Source: Rhizophagus irregularis (Eukaryota). Taken from it: DNA of 64,000 nucleotides. Both the position numbers and the translations under genes were made by a program. Each line of letters opens with the position of its first letter. Position 1 is the stretch's first letter. The notes below the pieces were generated by a model. It had not been told where the DNA came from. It worked only from the letters and a program-made list of their open reading frames with translations, and ran no database searches. Below are positions 13,377-24,569 of this stretch, piece after piece. The stretch is taken from contig NC_089433.1 of the NCBI RefSeq assembly GCF_026210795.1, positions 1,922,001-1,986,000 of the forward strand, in the 5' to 3' direction.

Positions 13377-15498
13377 ATGTCTGGTAACTATGCCAAGAGA
13401 GGCCGTAGAAGTCATAACCCTAACAGTAGGAAAGCTTCCCGTCAAGAACGAAAAAATAATAATAACTCTGATAATTTAAGCTCTGATGGTGAAAACACTA
13501 TCCAGCAAAAACGTAATCATACGATTACTGAAAATTCTATGGATGAAGACTACGTTGCCGATAACCAGACGGCTGACGTTGGAGTAGATGGACCTTCCTT
13601 TTCTCCTCAACAAAATATCTCTGGTGAAAATACTTTGACCTCCTTCCTGAACAAATCTGCTGCGCCAACTGCGCCCAGTCACGTCGCGTCTTCTGGAAAT
13701 GTGGACGCATCCATGCATGCACCTTCTAACAAAGACTTGCAACAACCCCTAACGCGTCGCCCAATTTAGATACCAATAATGCTCCAGATGGCGATTATAC
13801 TCCCGATCTAGTGGTGACCCTTGCCATAACTAGAGATGATTTTCAAGCTGCAGCTACGCCGAATGCAGCCCCTAAATCTCTCAAAAAATTCCCTACCAAT
13901 AAAGCCCTTATTGAGGCTGTCAATAACCTTTTTTTAGAAACATACGAGTCATTCACTGGAAAGGCTCGTATGACTGGTTCTGGCGAGGCCAAACGCCTCG
14001 TTATCCACTTCCATACCGCTGAAGCATGCGATTTGTGCGTTGGTTCCACTCATCTTGAGTTCCCTGACTTGATCTTTCATGCCCATGACCCTCGCCAACT
14101 CTGATCCAATGAAGATCTCCGGGCTATCCAAGTTACTGATATCCCTTTCTTCATCAAAAAAGACAACCTGATGGCTTATTTTAGAAAATTTGGTAACATC
14201 ACCTCTTGTCGCCTCTTCTCCAGCCCTAATGCCAAAGTCCAGCAAGCCCGTATTGTATATGATCACGCCGATTCAATTGCTCATTTTACCGATCAATGGG
14301 CTGTATACTGTTTCTCCACCTGCCTCAGAATCACTCCATGCTTTTACACTGTAGATCAAAAGGCTGCGCGCCGGCAATACGTCACCACTCTCACTCAGCT
14401 TCCCCTAATATTAAAGACATCAACTTGGCTCCTCTTACTCGTAACCTTAGCGCTAAAGCTGTTAATATGTTACTTTCTCTAAATTCTTACAAACCCAAAA
14501 GATGGGCTTACGTCACCTTCAACTCCCAAGAAACCATGGATGCTGCTATGGAACAAACTATCAGCTTCCAAGGCCATGTACTTTTCTAGTCCTCCCCAGA
14601 TAATACTAATAAACTTTGTCACAGATGTGGCAAATTAGGCTGTGCTCCGAATTTCTGCCCACTTAAACAAACCAGAGGTAGAAGTCGCACTCGCGACCCT
14701 GTTGCAAAACTTAAATTACGTTTTAATGTCAATCAACCTCACCGCTCTAATTCAAAGACTGCCAATGCACGTTCTTGCTCCCGATCTCGCTCCAAATCTA
14801 AAGATCGATCTGCTCCCAATTCTGGACGTGATAATAACATTTCCCACGACCGCACTAATAATGATAAAAATCATAACAAATCTGCTCCCAATATCTCCCA
14901 ACATGCCCGATATAATAGCAAAGAACGATCAGTCTCCTTTTCTTCGTCCTCTCATTCTACAGCACGTCCCTTGCCCTGACAAACTCCTAACTCCGCATTA
15001 TTTCCTGATGATGCTGATAACATTTTAAACCTTTTGCGTGAATTACAATGTGAAGTAGCCAAATTTCACAAACGCATATCCGCCCTTAAACTCGCTGACC
15101 AACGGATGACTCGTATTGAATCACACCTTGGCCTTGATCCACTTCCTTCGCCTAATGAGCCTGAACTGGATTTCATGCAAGAAGATGCCCCTATAACTCA
15201 TGTTCTGCTTAATATTCAGTCATCTGCTCAATCTTCTTCACCGTCCAAAAGTATTTTAACGTGACCTTCGCCTACATTCACTATTGCTTCTAACACGTCG
15301 CTTCCTCCTTCTCACCTTTTCCCAAATGCTTCTTCTTTTACCCCTATCTCCTCCACGCAAGAAGAAATTAACGATCTCAAAAATAGTAGAGTCGTTATTG
15401 AAAGTAAATTGGACCAACTCACTGGTCATATCAAACAATTCATTAGCTCCATTGGTGGTGCTCCCCTGGAACAAGCTGATTCAGCTTCTTCTAATTAA
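13377..15498 (+). pseudogene. LINE A2 ORF1 (gag-like: RRM-like segments, CX2CX4CX4C knuckle, RS-rich region, coiled coil)
   Basis: Fragments 13377-13769, 13811-14104, 14171-14482, 14296-14589 and 15034-15264. Motifs AIQVTDIPF, YFRKFGNI, RWAYVTF and CHRCGKLGCAPNFC. Contains frameshifts and stops. Confidence 0.85.
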
Positions 15499-15548
15499 CT
15501 TTCTTCTTCAACTTTCAACTCCTTGACTGTTCTTATCATTGTGTTTTA

Positions 15549-18500
15549 ATGTCGGACAATAATTTTAATTATGACACCTTTGTACAAAACCCTCCCAACC
15601 TTGACGAAGCTACTAAAATTTTTTCACATGAATCGTTATTCTCTTCCTTTAGTAACACCTCTCCTATCCCCAATTCATTTAATATTTCCTCCTTTAATGT
15701 TAATGGCCTCAAAATGTATGGTCAAACTAAACTAGAAGAAATTTCAACTTTTTTTTCCTTAAAACATATTTCTTTTAGTGGTATCGTTGATACTCATCTT
15801 CATCCTAAACAAATGAAGTTTTTATCCAAGCGCATTCTAATTATACTGTATTCTCTTCTGATTTGGATACTTCTAAACAAATTCTTTCTTCTGGTGGTGT
15901 TTCTCTTTTTATTGAAAACTCCCATGCTTCACATATACAAGATTTTAAATCTCATTCTTCACGTTTACTTTCCGTTAATTTATATTTCAAAGGCAATGTT
16001 AAATTGCGCATATTTGTTATTTATATTCCTCCTCCTGCTGAAAGTGTTTTGTGCTCTGACACTATTGAATTGCTAATTCAGCAACTTTCCTCTACTAAAC
16101 AAGCTGGTTTTTACCATGCTGTTTGTGGCAATTTTAATATGCATTTAGATAAATATTATTCTATTTATTTTAATCAACCCCAAATTGCTTCAAAACATAT
16201 TCACCGCCTTTTTTTTCATCTCCTCTCTCATGGATATGAAGACTGTACTCCTGTTAATCTTTCTGATTCCTTAGGTACCTTTCATCGCAATGACCTAGTT
16301 ACTCGTGTTGATTATGTATGGTCCTGCCCTCTTCTCAAAGGATTTGCTCTTACTGCTTGCATCTTTGATGCTCAAGACATTTGCACATCTGATCATAACT
16401 CTGTTATCACATACTATGATATGTCTTTACTTTTTGCCTCTACTAAATTGGCTTGCGCTTGACAACTTAAGCGCCAAACCCGTCGCGTCTTCAAATTTGA
16501 TTCTGTAACTGATATTCAATGGACGGAATTCACTGACAAAGCTGATGCTTTATGTGACGTTTCACCTTTAATCTTTTTCTCCTGGCATATCAATCAAATG
16601 TGCGAATATCTTCAATCACGAATCCTCAAAGCTGCCAATGCTACTTTACTTTCTTCTATTGTTGGCAACAATTATACTCCTAAGGTCCCTAAAGATCTGG
16701 AAATTTTAACTCAACATTATTGTTTTTTAAATTGCCTGCTGCATTCGATACGTATATTGCGCAAACATCCTTCAACTTATTCTGCTGCCCATGAACATAA
16801 GTGGTCTACTCATTTAATTAGACTTCAAAACATTTTACAATTGTATAAGAAAGTATTTACTTTCACTCCTATTTTGCCCTCCTCCCTTTTATCATGTCGA
16901 CAAGATAATTTCAAATTACTCCTTGATGATTTATCTACTATTTCAAAATCCTTACGAGGATTTCAGTTGCTTCAAGAAAAAGAATTTCAAGATTCCTCCA
17001 TTCGTGCTCATTTGAATGATAGAAATAATAATTTTGAAACTGACCTTTCCTCCTTTATTGATTCAGCGCTTTCTCGCACCCGTCGCTATATCACTCTGGA
17101 TCGTATTTTTATTAACCATCCCATTCACCCTCAGTTGTTAACTGATCCTAAGGACATAGATGTTGCGGTTATTAACCATTTCCAAAACTTTGTACCTATC
17201 AAGTCCACTCCACCGGTGTCTATTGATACATTACCTGATAGATGGTCTGCTGCCTACCAACCTATAGATGATGTGTCTTCCTCCATCTATGATTCTTTAA
17301 TGAATCCCCCTACCCTTGACGAATGGTTATCCACCGTTTCTTCCACTCCTAATAGTAAAGCCTCTGGTCCTTCTATGATTACTTATGAAATGCTCAAACA
17401 TCTTGAAACTCGCACCTCGGCTCTGCTACTTATTTTAATTCAAACATGCCTCTCCAAAGCTGATATTCCTGATTTATGGCGACAAGCAATGGTTTTTCCC
17501 ATCCCTAAGCCTCACGAATGGAAATGTCAACTAAAAAACACTCGCCCTATTACTCTACTTGAAGTGATCAGAAAATCTCTTGTCAAACTTTTTTATAATC
17601 GCCTTTCTACTATTATGGCTTCACATGATGTCCTTAAAGGTGGTAACTTCGCTGGTCTTCCAAGTGGTTCTTGTCGCGACCCTATTATTACTCTAGAATC
17701 TATTATCCATGATGCTGATATCAATAAAAACCCACTCTGGATTCTCTCCCAAGATATTTCTAAAGCTTTTGACTCGGTCGATTTAACAATGTTACGTTTT
17801 GCTCTTGAACGTATACATCTTTCAGCTTCCGCTGTCAAGTTTATCCTTTCGCTCTTCACAAAACGCATTAATCGCATTTTCACTGCTCATGGATCTACAC
17901 CTGCTTATAGGGTTCGCATTGGTATTGACCAAGGCGAAGTTATTTCTCCTCTTTTATGGATTATTTATATTGATCCCTTACTCACTGTTTTGAAGAATGA
18001 AATGATAGACCCTTATGTTCTTTCTACACCGTCTTTAATTGATTCTCCAAATCCTTCTCTTGATTTGAAGATTAATAATTTAGTATTTATGGATGACTCT
18101 ACTCTTATTTCCTCGTCAAAAGCTGGCATGGAATTTATGTTATCCATTACTGAAGAATTTTATCAGATCAATAACACTTCTGCCAATCATAACAAATATG
18201 TGTTAATTACTAATTCATTGCCCTTGACTATGAATTCTACTTTATCTCCTATTACTTTTAATTTGGATTTATCCTCTTTAAATAGTATTCCTTCCATTAC
18301 TATTACCCCAATTTCCATGACAACTTCTTTTCATTTTCTAGGTGTTTGGTTTAACATTAAGAGCTCCCAGGATTTTGTCAAAAAGCAACTCAAACGCGAA
18401 TGCTGCTTTTTTGCTGCAACCATCCGCCCCGCAAAGCTCTCTTCTAAACAAGTTATGTATCTCCATAATACTGTCCTTATACCAAAACTTGAATATCGGA

Positions 18501-21395
18501 TGCAAGTTACTCACTTGTCTGAATCTGACTGCCACCTAATAACAAGAAGTATACGATCTGTTGTGAAGCATAAAGCAAATTTTTCTCGTTCTTTACCCAA
18601 TCCCATTTTGTTTTTGTCTCAAGCCTTGGGCTTGATTAATTTGTTTGCTCATCAACGCCAATATCATATTACTAATTTATTTTTAATGGCTAATTCTTCT
18701 TCTTTTTTTATTCAATCCCTTTTTATTTACCGATTGTGTTTAATTCAATATAATTTTTTGATTTCTATTTCTCCTCTTTTAATTAAGGATTGGTCTATAT
18801 GGTCTTCTTTACTTCTTTTTAAGAAAGATTATATCGCTTGCACTATTGCTCTCTTAACTTCTACTCCTTTTCGTTTGCTTCATACTCAATTTTCGAAACT
18901 TCTGAACTTATCCTTGTTAGATGAACACGTTCCTTTATTTTAATGCATGACACCTAAGGCCTTTAAAGCCTATTTTCCTATTTTGCGAAAGTGACAACTG
19001 TTGTACTTATCTCAGCTCGTTACTCCCCAAGGATCTCATTTAATTTCCTGGAAGGCTTACTATAACAATTTGGTTGGACGACGTGGCCCTGGCCGTATTC
19101 CTTTTTGGTACAAAGATATCCAACAAGTTACTACTGTTCCTGACTCCAATAACCGCCTGCTGGATCGTTTTATTGTTACGTATATGAATGACTCTTCATC
19201 TTATGATTTGGCTTCTTGCCTATCTTCTCCTCCCACTACAAAAAATTGGATTGTCACATTGGACGATTATGGTTCTCCCATTTTTGGCAAACAACTTTTG
19301 GTCCAAGCAAGTCGTGGTACTTGTTCTATTGTCCATTGGATTTCTCCTGATTGTGAATCTTCGCCTGGTGATCTTATCAGACTTGCTCCCTGCCTTGGCT
19401 GCGCTGCTCACATTCCTTTGCCTCCTTCCAAAAAACGGAATGCTGATTTAACCATTTGTACATCTACGGTCTCTCTCCAACATTCGTTTATTCTGCTCAC
19501 TACTAATGAGCGGATTAGACGTAATACTTCTGAAGTGACTTCCTCTTTTACTTGGACTGATATAGAAGATGGTGTCCGTCTTTATTATAGTAGATTGGAT
19601 TTTAATTTTGATTCTCCTCCTGCTGATACTGATGTAGCTCCTTTTACTATTGAATCCTCAGCTGCTGCTGTTTTTGCAAATTCCCCGTTGGTCATGTCTT
19701 CAGACTCACGTTACATTTTTTTCACTGATGGGTCTCTTATTAATTTAAACGCTCCTGATGTTTCTATGGGCTAGTCCTGGATGCAAATTGTTCCTGATGC
19801 AGGTTTTCCTAACTCTATTGCCACTTATGCTCACAGCCTTATTCGAGATAATCCTTCTTCTTCTCGAGCTGAAGCTGCCGCTATTTACGCAGTTTTAACC
19901 GTTTCTTCTCACGACTCAGAAGTTACTATATATACTGACTCGCAAAGTGCCATTGACGGCCTTCGAAGTTGTTCTTCCTATGTATACTCAAATAGCCGTC
20001 TTTACTACAAAATAACAAATTTTGAGCTTTGGGCCATTATTGAATGAACCATCCTTTCCAAGAATTTGACAGTCCTTCCTGTCAAAGTTAAAGCTCACTC
20101 TGGCAACTATTTAAACGATTTTGCCGATTCCTTGGCCAATACCGCTCACACTGCGTTATCCAGTATTTTGATTTCTGGCATGGACCTTGCTTCTGCCCAT
20201 GATCTTGTCTTAATTTATGACAATGATGTCGTTTGTGAATCTAATCCGTAACACCTTCTCAAACAATATTATCAAACGCAGTTAATGCGTGATTTGTTAA
20301 ATTTAACGCGATTTCACTTTACTTCTCTATTATCATCTAATATAGATTATATTGTTGACTGGGAACTTACTTGGTTCACTTTAAATTTCAAGCCTTCTCA
20401 CGACGCATCCTTCACTCATGAACATGCTTCAAGGTACCTAACCTTTAAGTTCAAACTTTTCTTGGATGATTTACCTACATTAGAAAAGCTTAAACGGACT
20501 TGACCTGACTTATACATGGACGAATTAACTTGCCGTTATTGTATCGACCGTATGGAAGACTTGATGCACCTTTTTATGTGCAAACATCGTCATCTGCCTA
20601 TGCCACAAATTTTACAATCTTATCAAAAACATTTGATTTCCAAAATTTTGGAAGCCGGTAAATTGGCTGATATTGATCCTACTCCATTTATTGCTAAACT
20701 CACTTCTCTTTCATGCTAGTCCTTTTCTTCTACAAATTGGTCCTCATACGCTCTTGTCCGTGATTGTTTACCCAAACTTTTTATCAACTTATTTGTCGAC
20801 CTATCCATTCCAAGAACTTCTGCGATAAAGGTTATCGCTGCTATTCATAATAATTTTGTTCAGAAATTCAGTAGACGAATTTGGAATCTGCGTTCTTATG
20901 AAAAAAGTAGATGGGAAAACGCGATGAATATTACTTATAAATTGAAAACTACTCTGAAGCCATCTAATTTGCCATTGTCAACGTACATACCTTACTCATC
21001 TTTACTACCTCCGACCCTACACGATTCACGTGACTCCAGAACTGATTGGTTGAAGAACTCAATGAAATATGGATTGCCTTGGTTTAATCACTTTTCGGGT
21101 TTTATGGGTCGTCTAACGGTGCTACTAGGACCCCGAAAAATACATATGGAGGTCATAAATGATCGGCAAGATTTTGGCCTAAAATAAGCAACTTTTCAGG
21201 ACCGGAATTATAATAATGCTAGCCAGTATCAAAACGGACAATAAAATTTAGGCCGGCACTATCCAAAAAAGGCAAGATTTTCATGAAAATTTAGGTTCTT
21301 TTTAAGCAAACTCAAATGTGACCTTTTTATGTATTTTTCGGGGTCCTGTGCTACTTAATAACAGCTTTTGCAGGATGGAGTGTCGATTTTTATAG
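15549..21395 (+). pseudogene. LINE A2 ORF2 (APE endonuclease - reverse transcriptase - RNase H - C-terminal zinc finger)
   Basis: APE: SFNVNGL, CGNFN, RVDYVW, SDH. RT: KASGPS, NTRPITLL, QDISKAFDSV, GIDQGEVISPLLW, FMDDSTL, FLGVW. RNase H: FTDGS, RAEAAAI, YTDSQ, KVKAHSGNYLNDFADSLA. Several stops and frameshifts. Confidence 0.92.
21127..21347. mobile_element. AGGACCCCG-family MITE (221 bp), 8-bp TSD GTGCTACT
   Basis: Runs AGGACCCCGAAAAATACATA...TATGTATTTTTCGGGGTCCT, with GTGCTACT at 21119-21126 and 21348-21355. Confidence 0.9.
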
Positions 21396-21679
21396 TGGGC
21401 GCGCTATTCATTATTTCGTTAGCATAGTTGCTTTTACTTTGGTTGGAATATATCAAGGGGGAAGATCTGGGGAAATTTAGTGTAATGCGATTTTTCTTTT
21501 TTTTAGATTAATTTTTTTTACTTTATTTTTTCTTAGGAGACTATATAGCTTTGTTTTTAGTTAGTTTTATTTTTTATTTTTCCTTTTATTTTTTGTAAAT
21601 TGTAAATTTTGAATAAATTTAATAAAGATAAAGGCTACTATGCCACGTTTGCCTGGTTTTTGACTAGTGCTGATCCTAC

Positions 21680-21973
21680 AAAAAAGAAAGAACGGTTATT
21701 AGTAACTATTTGTAATAAAAAAAATAAAAAAAAATTGATAAAGATTCACACTTACGAATCTTTATCTTTGGATTTTCGTTTCTTGGAAACCCACCCGAAC
21801 CTAAAAAATAAAGAAAAGAACGGTTATTAGTAACCGTTAATAATATTAAAAAACAAAAAAAAAATTGATAAAGATTTATATTTACGAATCTTTATCTTTA
21901 GGTTTTTGTTCTTCAGAAGCCCACCCGAACCTAAAAAATAAAGAAAAGAATGGTTATTAGTAATCGTTAATAA
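21680..21973 (-). repeat. ~130-bp tandem units resembling exon/intron modules on the minus strand
   Basis: CCACCCGAACCTAAAAAATAAAGAAAAGAA occurs at 21791 and 21921. The minus strand reads polyT-TAG / short exon / GTAAGT or GTAAAT. Confidence 0.65.
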
Positions 21974-21975
21974 TA

Positions 21976-22271
21976 CAGTCAACTCATTCTATAGTCACTC
22001 CCGTTATAGTCACATTCTACTATATAGTCACACCAGTTAAATGTTCAAAACACTTTATTATTAAAATCTATCCTATATAGTCACAATTTATCTATAGTCA
22101 CTATCACACCTATCCTCAAAAATCTTATATTAAAAAGAACCATTTATAATTACAGTTATATAAAGAATATATTAAATAACTTGGCATCTAATAATCGTAC
22201 AAAGATGTACCATAGCTTGTTAGAATCGTCTCACTGAAACGAATTGAATGGTGGTAGTTTTATCCTTTTAC
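21976..22271 (+). mobile_element. Left end of a putative Tc1/mariner-pogo-like non-autonomous element; hosts the LINE-B/SINE target site
   Basis: Starts TA|CAGTCAACTC with repeated ATAGTCAC motifs, then the dyad GAATCGTCTCACTGAAACGAATTGAATGG and the target TTTTATCCTTTTAC (22258-22271). No right end found. Confidence 0.5.
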
Positions 22272-24569
22272 TTTACTATGTTTACGGCCAGACCACCCAT
22301 TGCCTCTTTTTGAGACTAATCTCGGGTCTGTGTCCTATCATCTTCAATGGGCAACCATTATATCGAGTACTTAATTCCTCAGGTAACAGCACCACTATAG
22401 AAGACATCTCCCATCGGGCCACTTTAGGCTGATCTGAAGCTAGGTACACGCCGCCTACTCATCCTATACCCATTGCATGATACTGATACTCAATTTATTT
22501 TACGACCTTTAGAGAGCATCTACTTTCATGGAGGACTTTCGACAGGTAACATCAACCATCTAGTACCCTTTCATACTACCATTTTAGGTACTAAGTCTCA
22601 CTCAAAGGCCACTACAGCCCCGATTACCTAGCACCGATAGTACAGTTGTTTACCCCAAGTGGTATACTTTGTAGTAACCTAACCATGACAGGAAGTAGCA
22701 GGCATTTGTCCAGGATCACCCCTTATAGTGGGTATCAACCACCAGGGATCACTAACCAAAATCTAAAGAGTAGGAAATCAAACCCCATAACCATGCTACC
22801 TGTTCTGTGCACTGGTCAAAATCAATACTATCAGGTACATATCGGGTACCTGATATGTGTATAATATATGTGATATATGTGTATGATATTTAACAATACT
22901 ACACATATCAGGTACCCGATATGTGTAGTAGAAATGTAGAAAATCGGTGACATATACTGTAAACATCACATATACATCTTACACATATCGGGTAGTCAAA
23001 TATCGGTGACATATCTTGTAAACATCATGTATATATCTTATACATATCGGGTAGTCAAATATCGGTGACATATCTTGTAAATATCACGTATATATCTTAT
23101 ACATATCGGGTAGTCAAATATCAGTGATATATATTATAGATATCATATACTTAACACACATATATCGGGTAGTTAGCTATAAATTTCATATTAAAACTAA
23201 TAGATATATATCTTTTTTTTATTTTAATTCAGATAAAATGAAATTCAACTTTATTAAAATTTAAACAATAATACAAGTCTTACTCTATCTACTACATACG
23301 TAAAATCAAATAAAGTTGAACATTAAAAATAAATAATTATACTATGTAATATGTAAAGTTCTACTGAAAGTAGCAATGATAATAAAATTATCTGTTTAAC
23401 ATTTAAAAAAAATATTAATGAAAATATTAGTAAGTATATTAATTAATAAGAGAAATAAAAATAGAAATGTTAATAAAAACGTTAGTGGTAAAAATATAGA
23501 AAATGTTAGTAAAAATGTTAGTAGAAAGAAAGAAAAGTTAGTAAAATAGAAAATATTAATACGAGAATGTTAATAAAAACATGTTAGTAGTATTTAATAT
23601 TAATAGAAAATGTTAATAAGTGGTAAAAAACATTAGTGAGAGAAAAGAAAAAAAGTATTAGAACGTCAATAGAAAATGTATATATATAAAAGAAAAAAAC
23701 AAGCATAATGAAAATATACCTTTATGTTTATTTCTAATATAAAAATAAATAAAAAAATATAATAATATTATTATTTCATAATAACTAAGTAAAGAGTTTG
23801 TTTTAAATAAAAAGTAAAAAGTTTAAGAGAAAGGTTTTTACGAAAGGAAAAAAAAAAATAAACAAAGTGCGAAATATAAATACCGAAATCATGTGATCAA
23901 TCGCTTGATTACAACAACAAATTCTGATTGGGCCATAATTTTAACCCCGGGTTATTATAATTTATAATAGAATTACACTGCAAGTTAAACTCTTTATTGC
24001 TTTAAATTACCAATTAGTCACATATCGGGTACCTATCGGTAACCTATCATGCATATACCAGTCAACAAGTTAAATCACTGATTTTTCGTAATATCACAAT
24101 AATAAATATTAATTTAGAATCTCCTTCATCCACTCAACTTACAGTTTGTATTATTATCCAAGAATCCATGCACTGGTTGAATGATGGCATATCAGGTCAT
24201 AAGATATCATGGCATATTGGTTAAATATCAGAAACCTGATATAGCTTGATATGTAATATTAAAAATCATATACATATCAGTAACCCAATATGACAATGAT
24301 TTGTTACCATAAGAGATATCGGTATTCTAATAGGTTGTTGAAATCTATATGAAAATAATCTGATTTATAAGTTACTCTTAAGTAGCTTTAATTGATTGAT
24401 CGGCAAAGAGAAACTTTAGTTTTGGAACGGTTTAATCCATCTGAAGTATATTGTTTCATTTAATAACGGAAATACTTATTTATCATAAATATAAATATTT
24501 TTTTTTTTCCTTTTTTAGGGTAAATATTTTTATTTTTATTATTCATTTATTTGATTTTTTAACTTACAG

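Larger units (their letters stand above)
13250..21653 (+). mobile_element. LINE family A, copy A2, full length (~8.4 kb), degenerate
   Basis: Order is 5' AACTCTCTCC, ORF1, ORF2 (APE, RT, RNase H) and 3' UTR ending ...GCCACGTTTGCC. Flanked by TGGTTTTTGACTAGT at 13223-13237 and 21654-21668. Confidence 0.93.

Noticed and set aside
21126..21348. CAGG/TAGG termini with a 6-bp TSD for the GGACCCCG family
   Set aside because: The copies at 25842 and 48922 fit only AGG...CCT termini with 8-bp TSDs, and that model fits all four complete copies.
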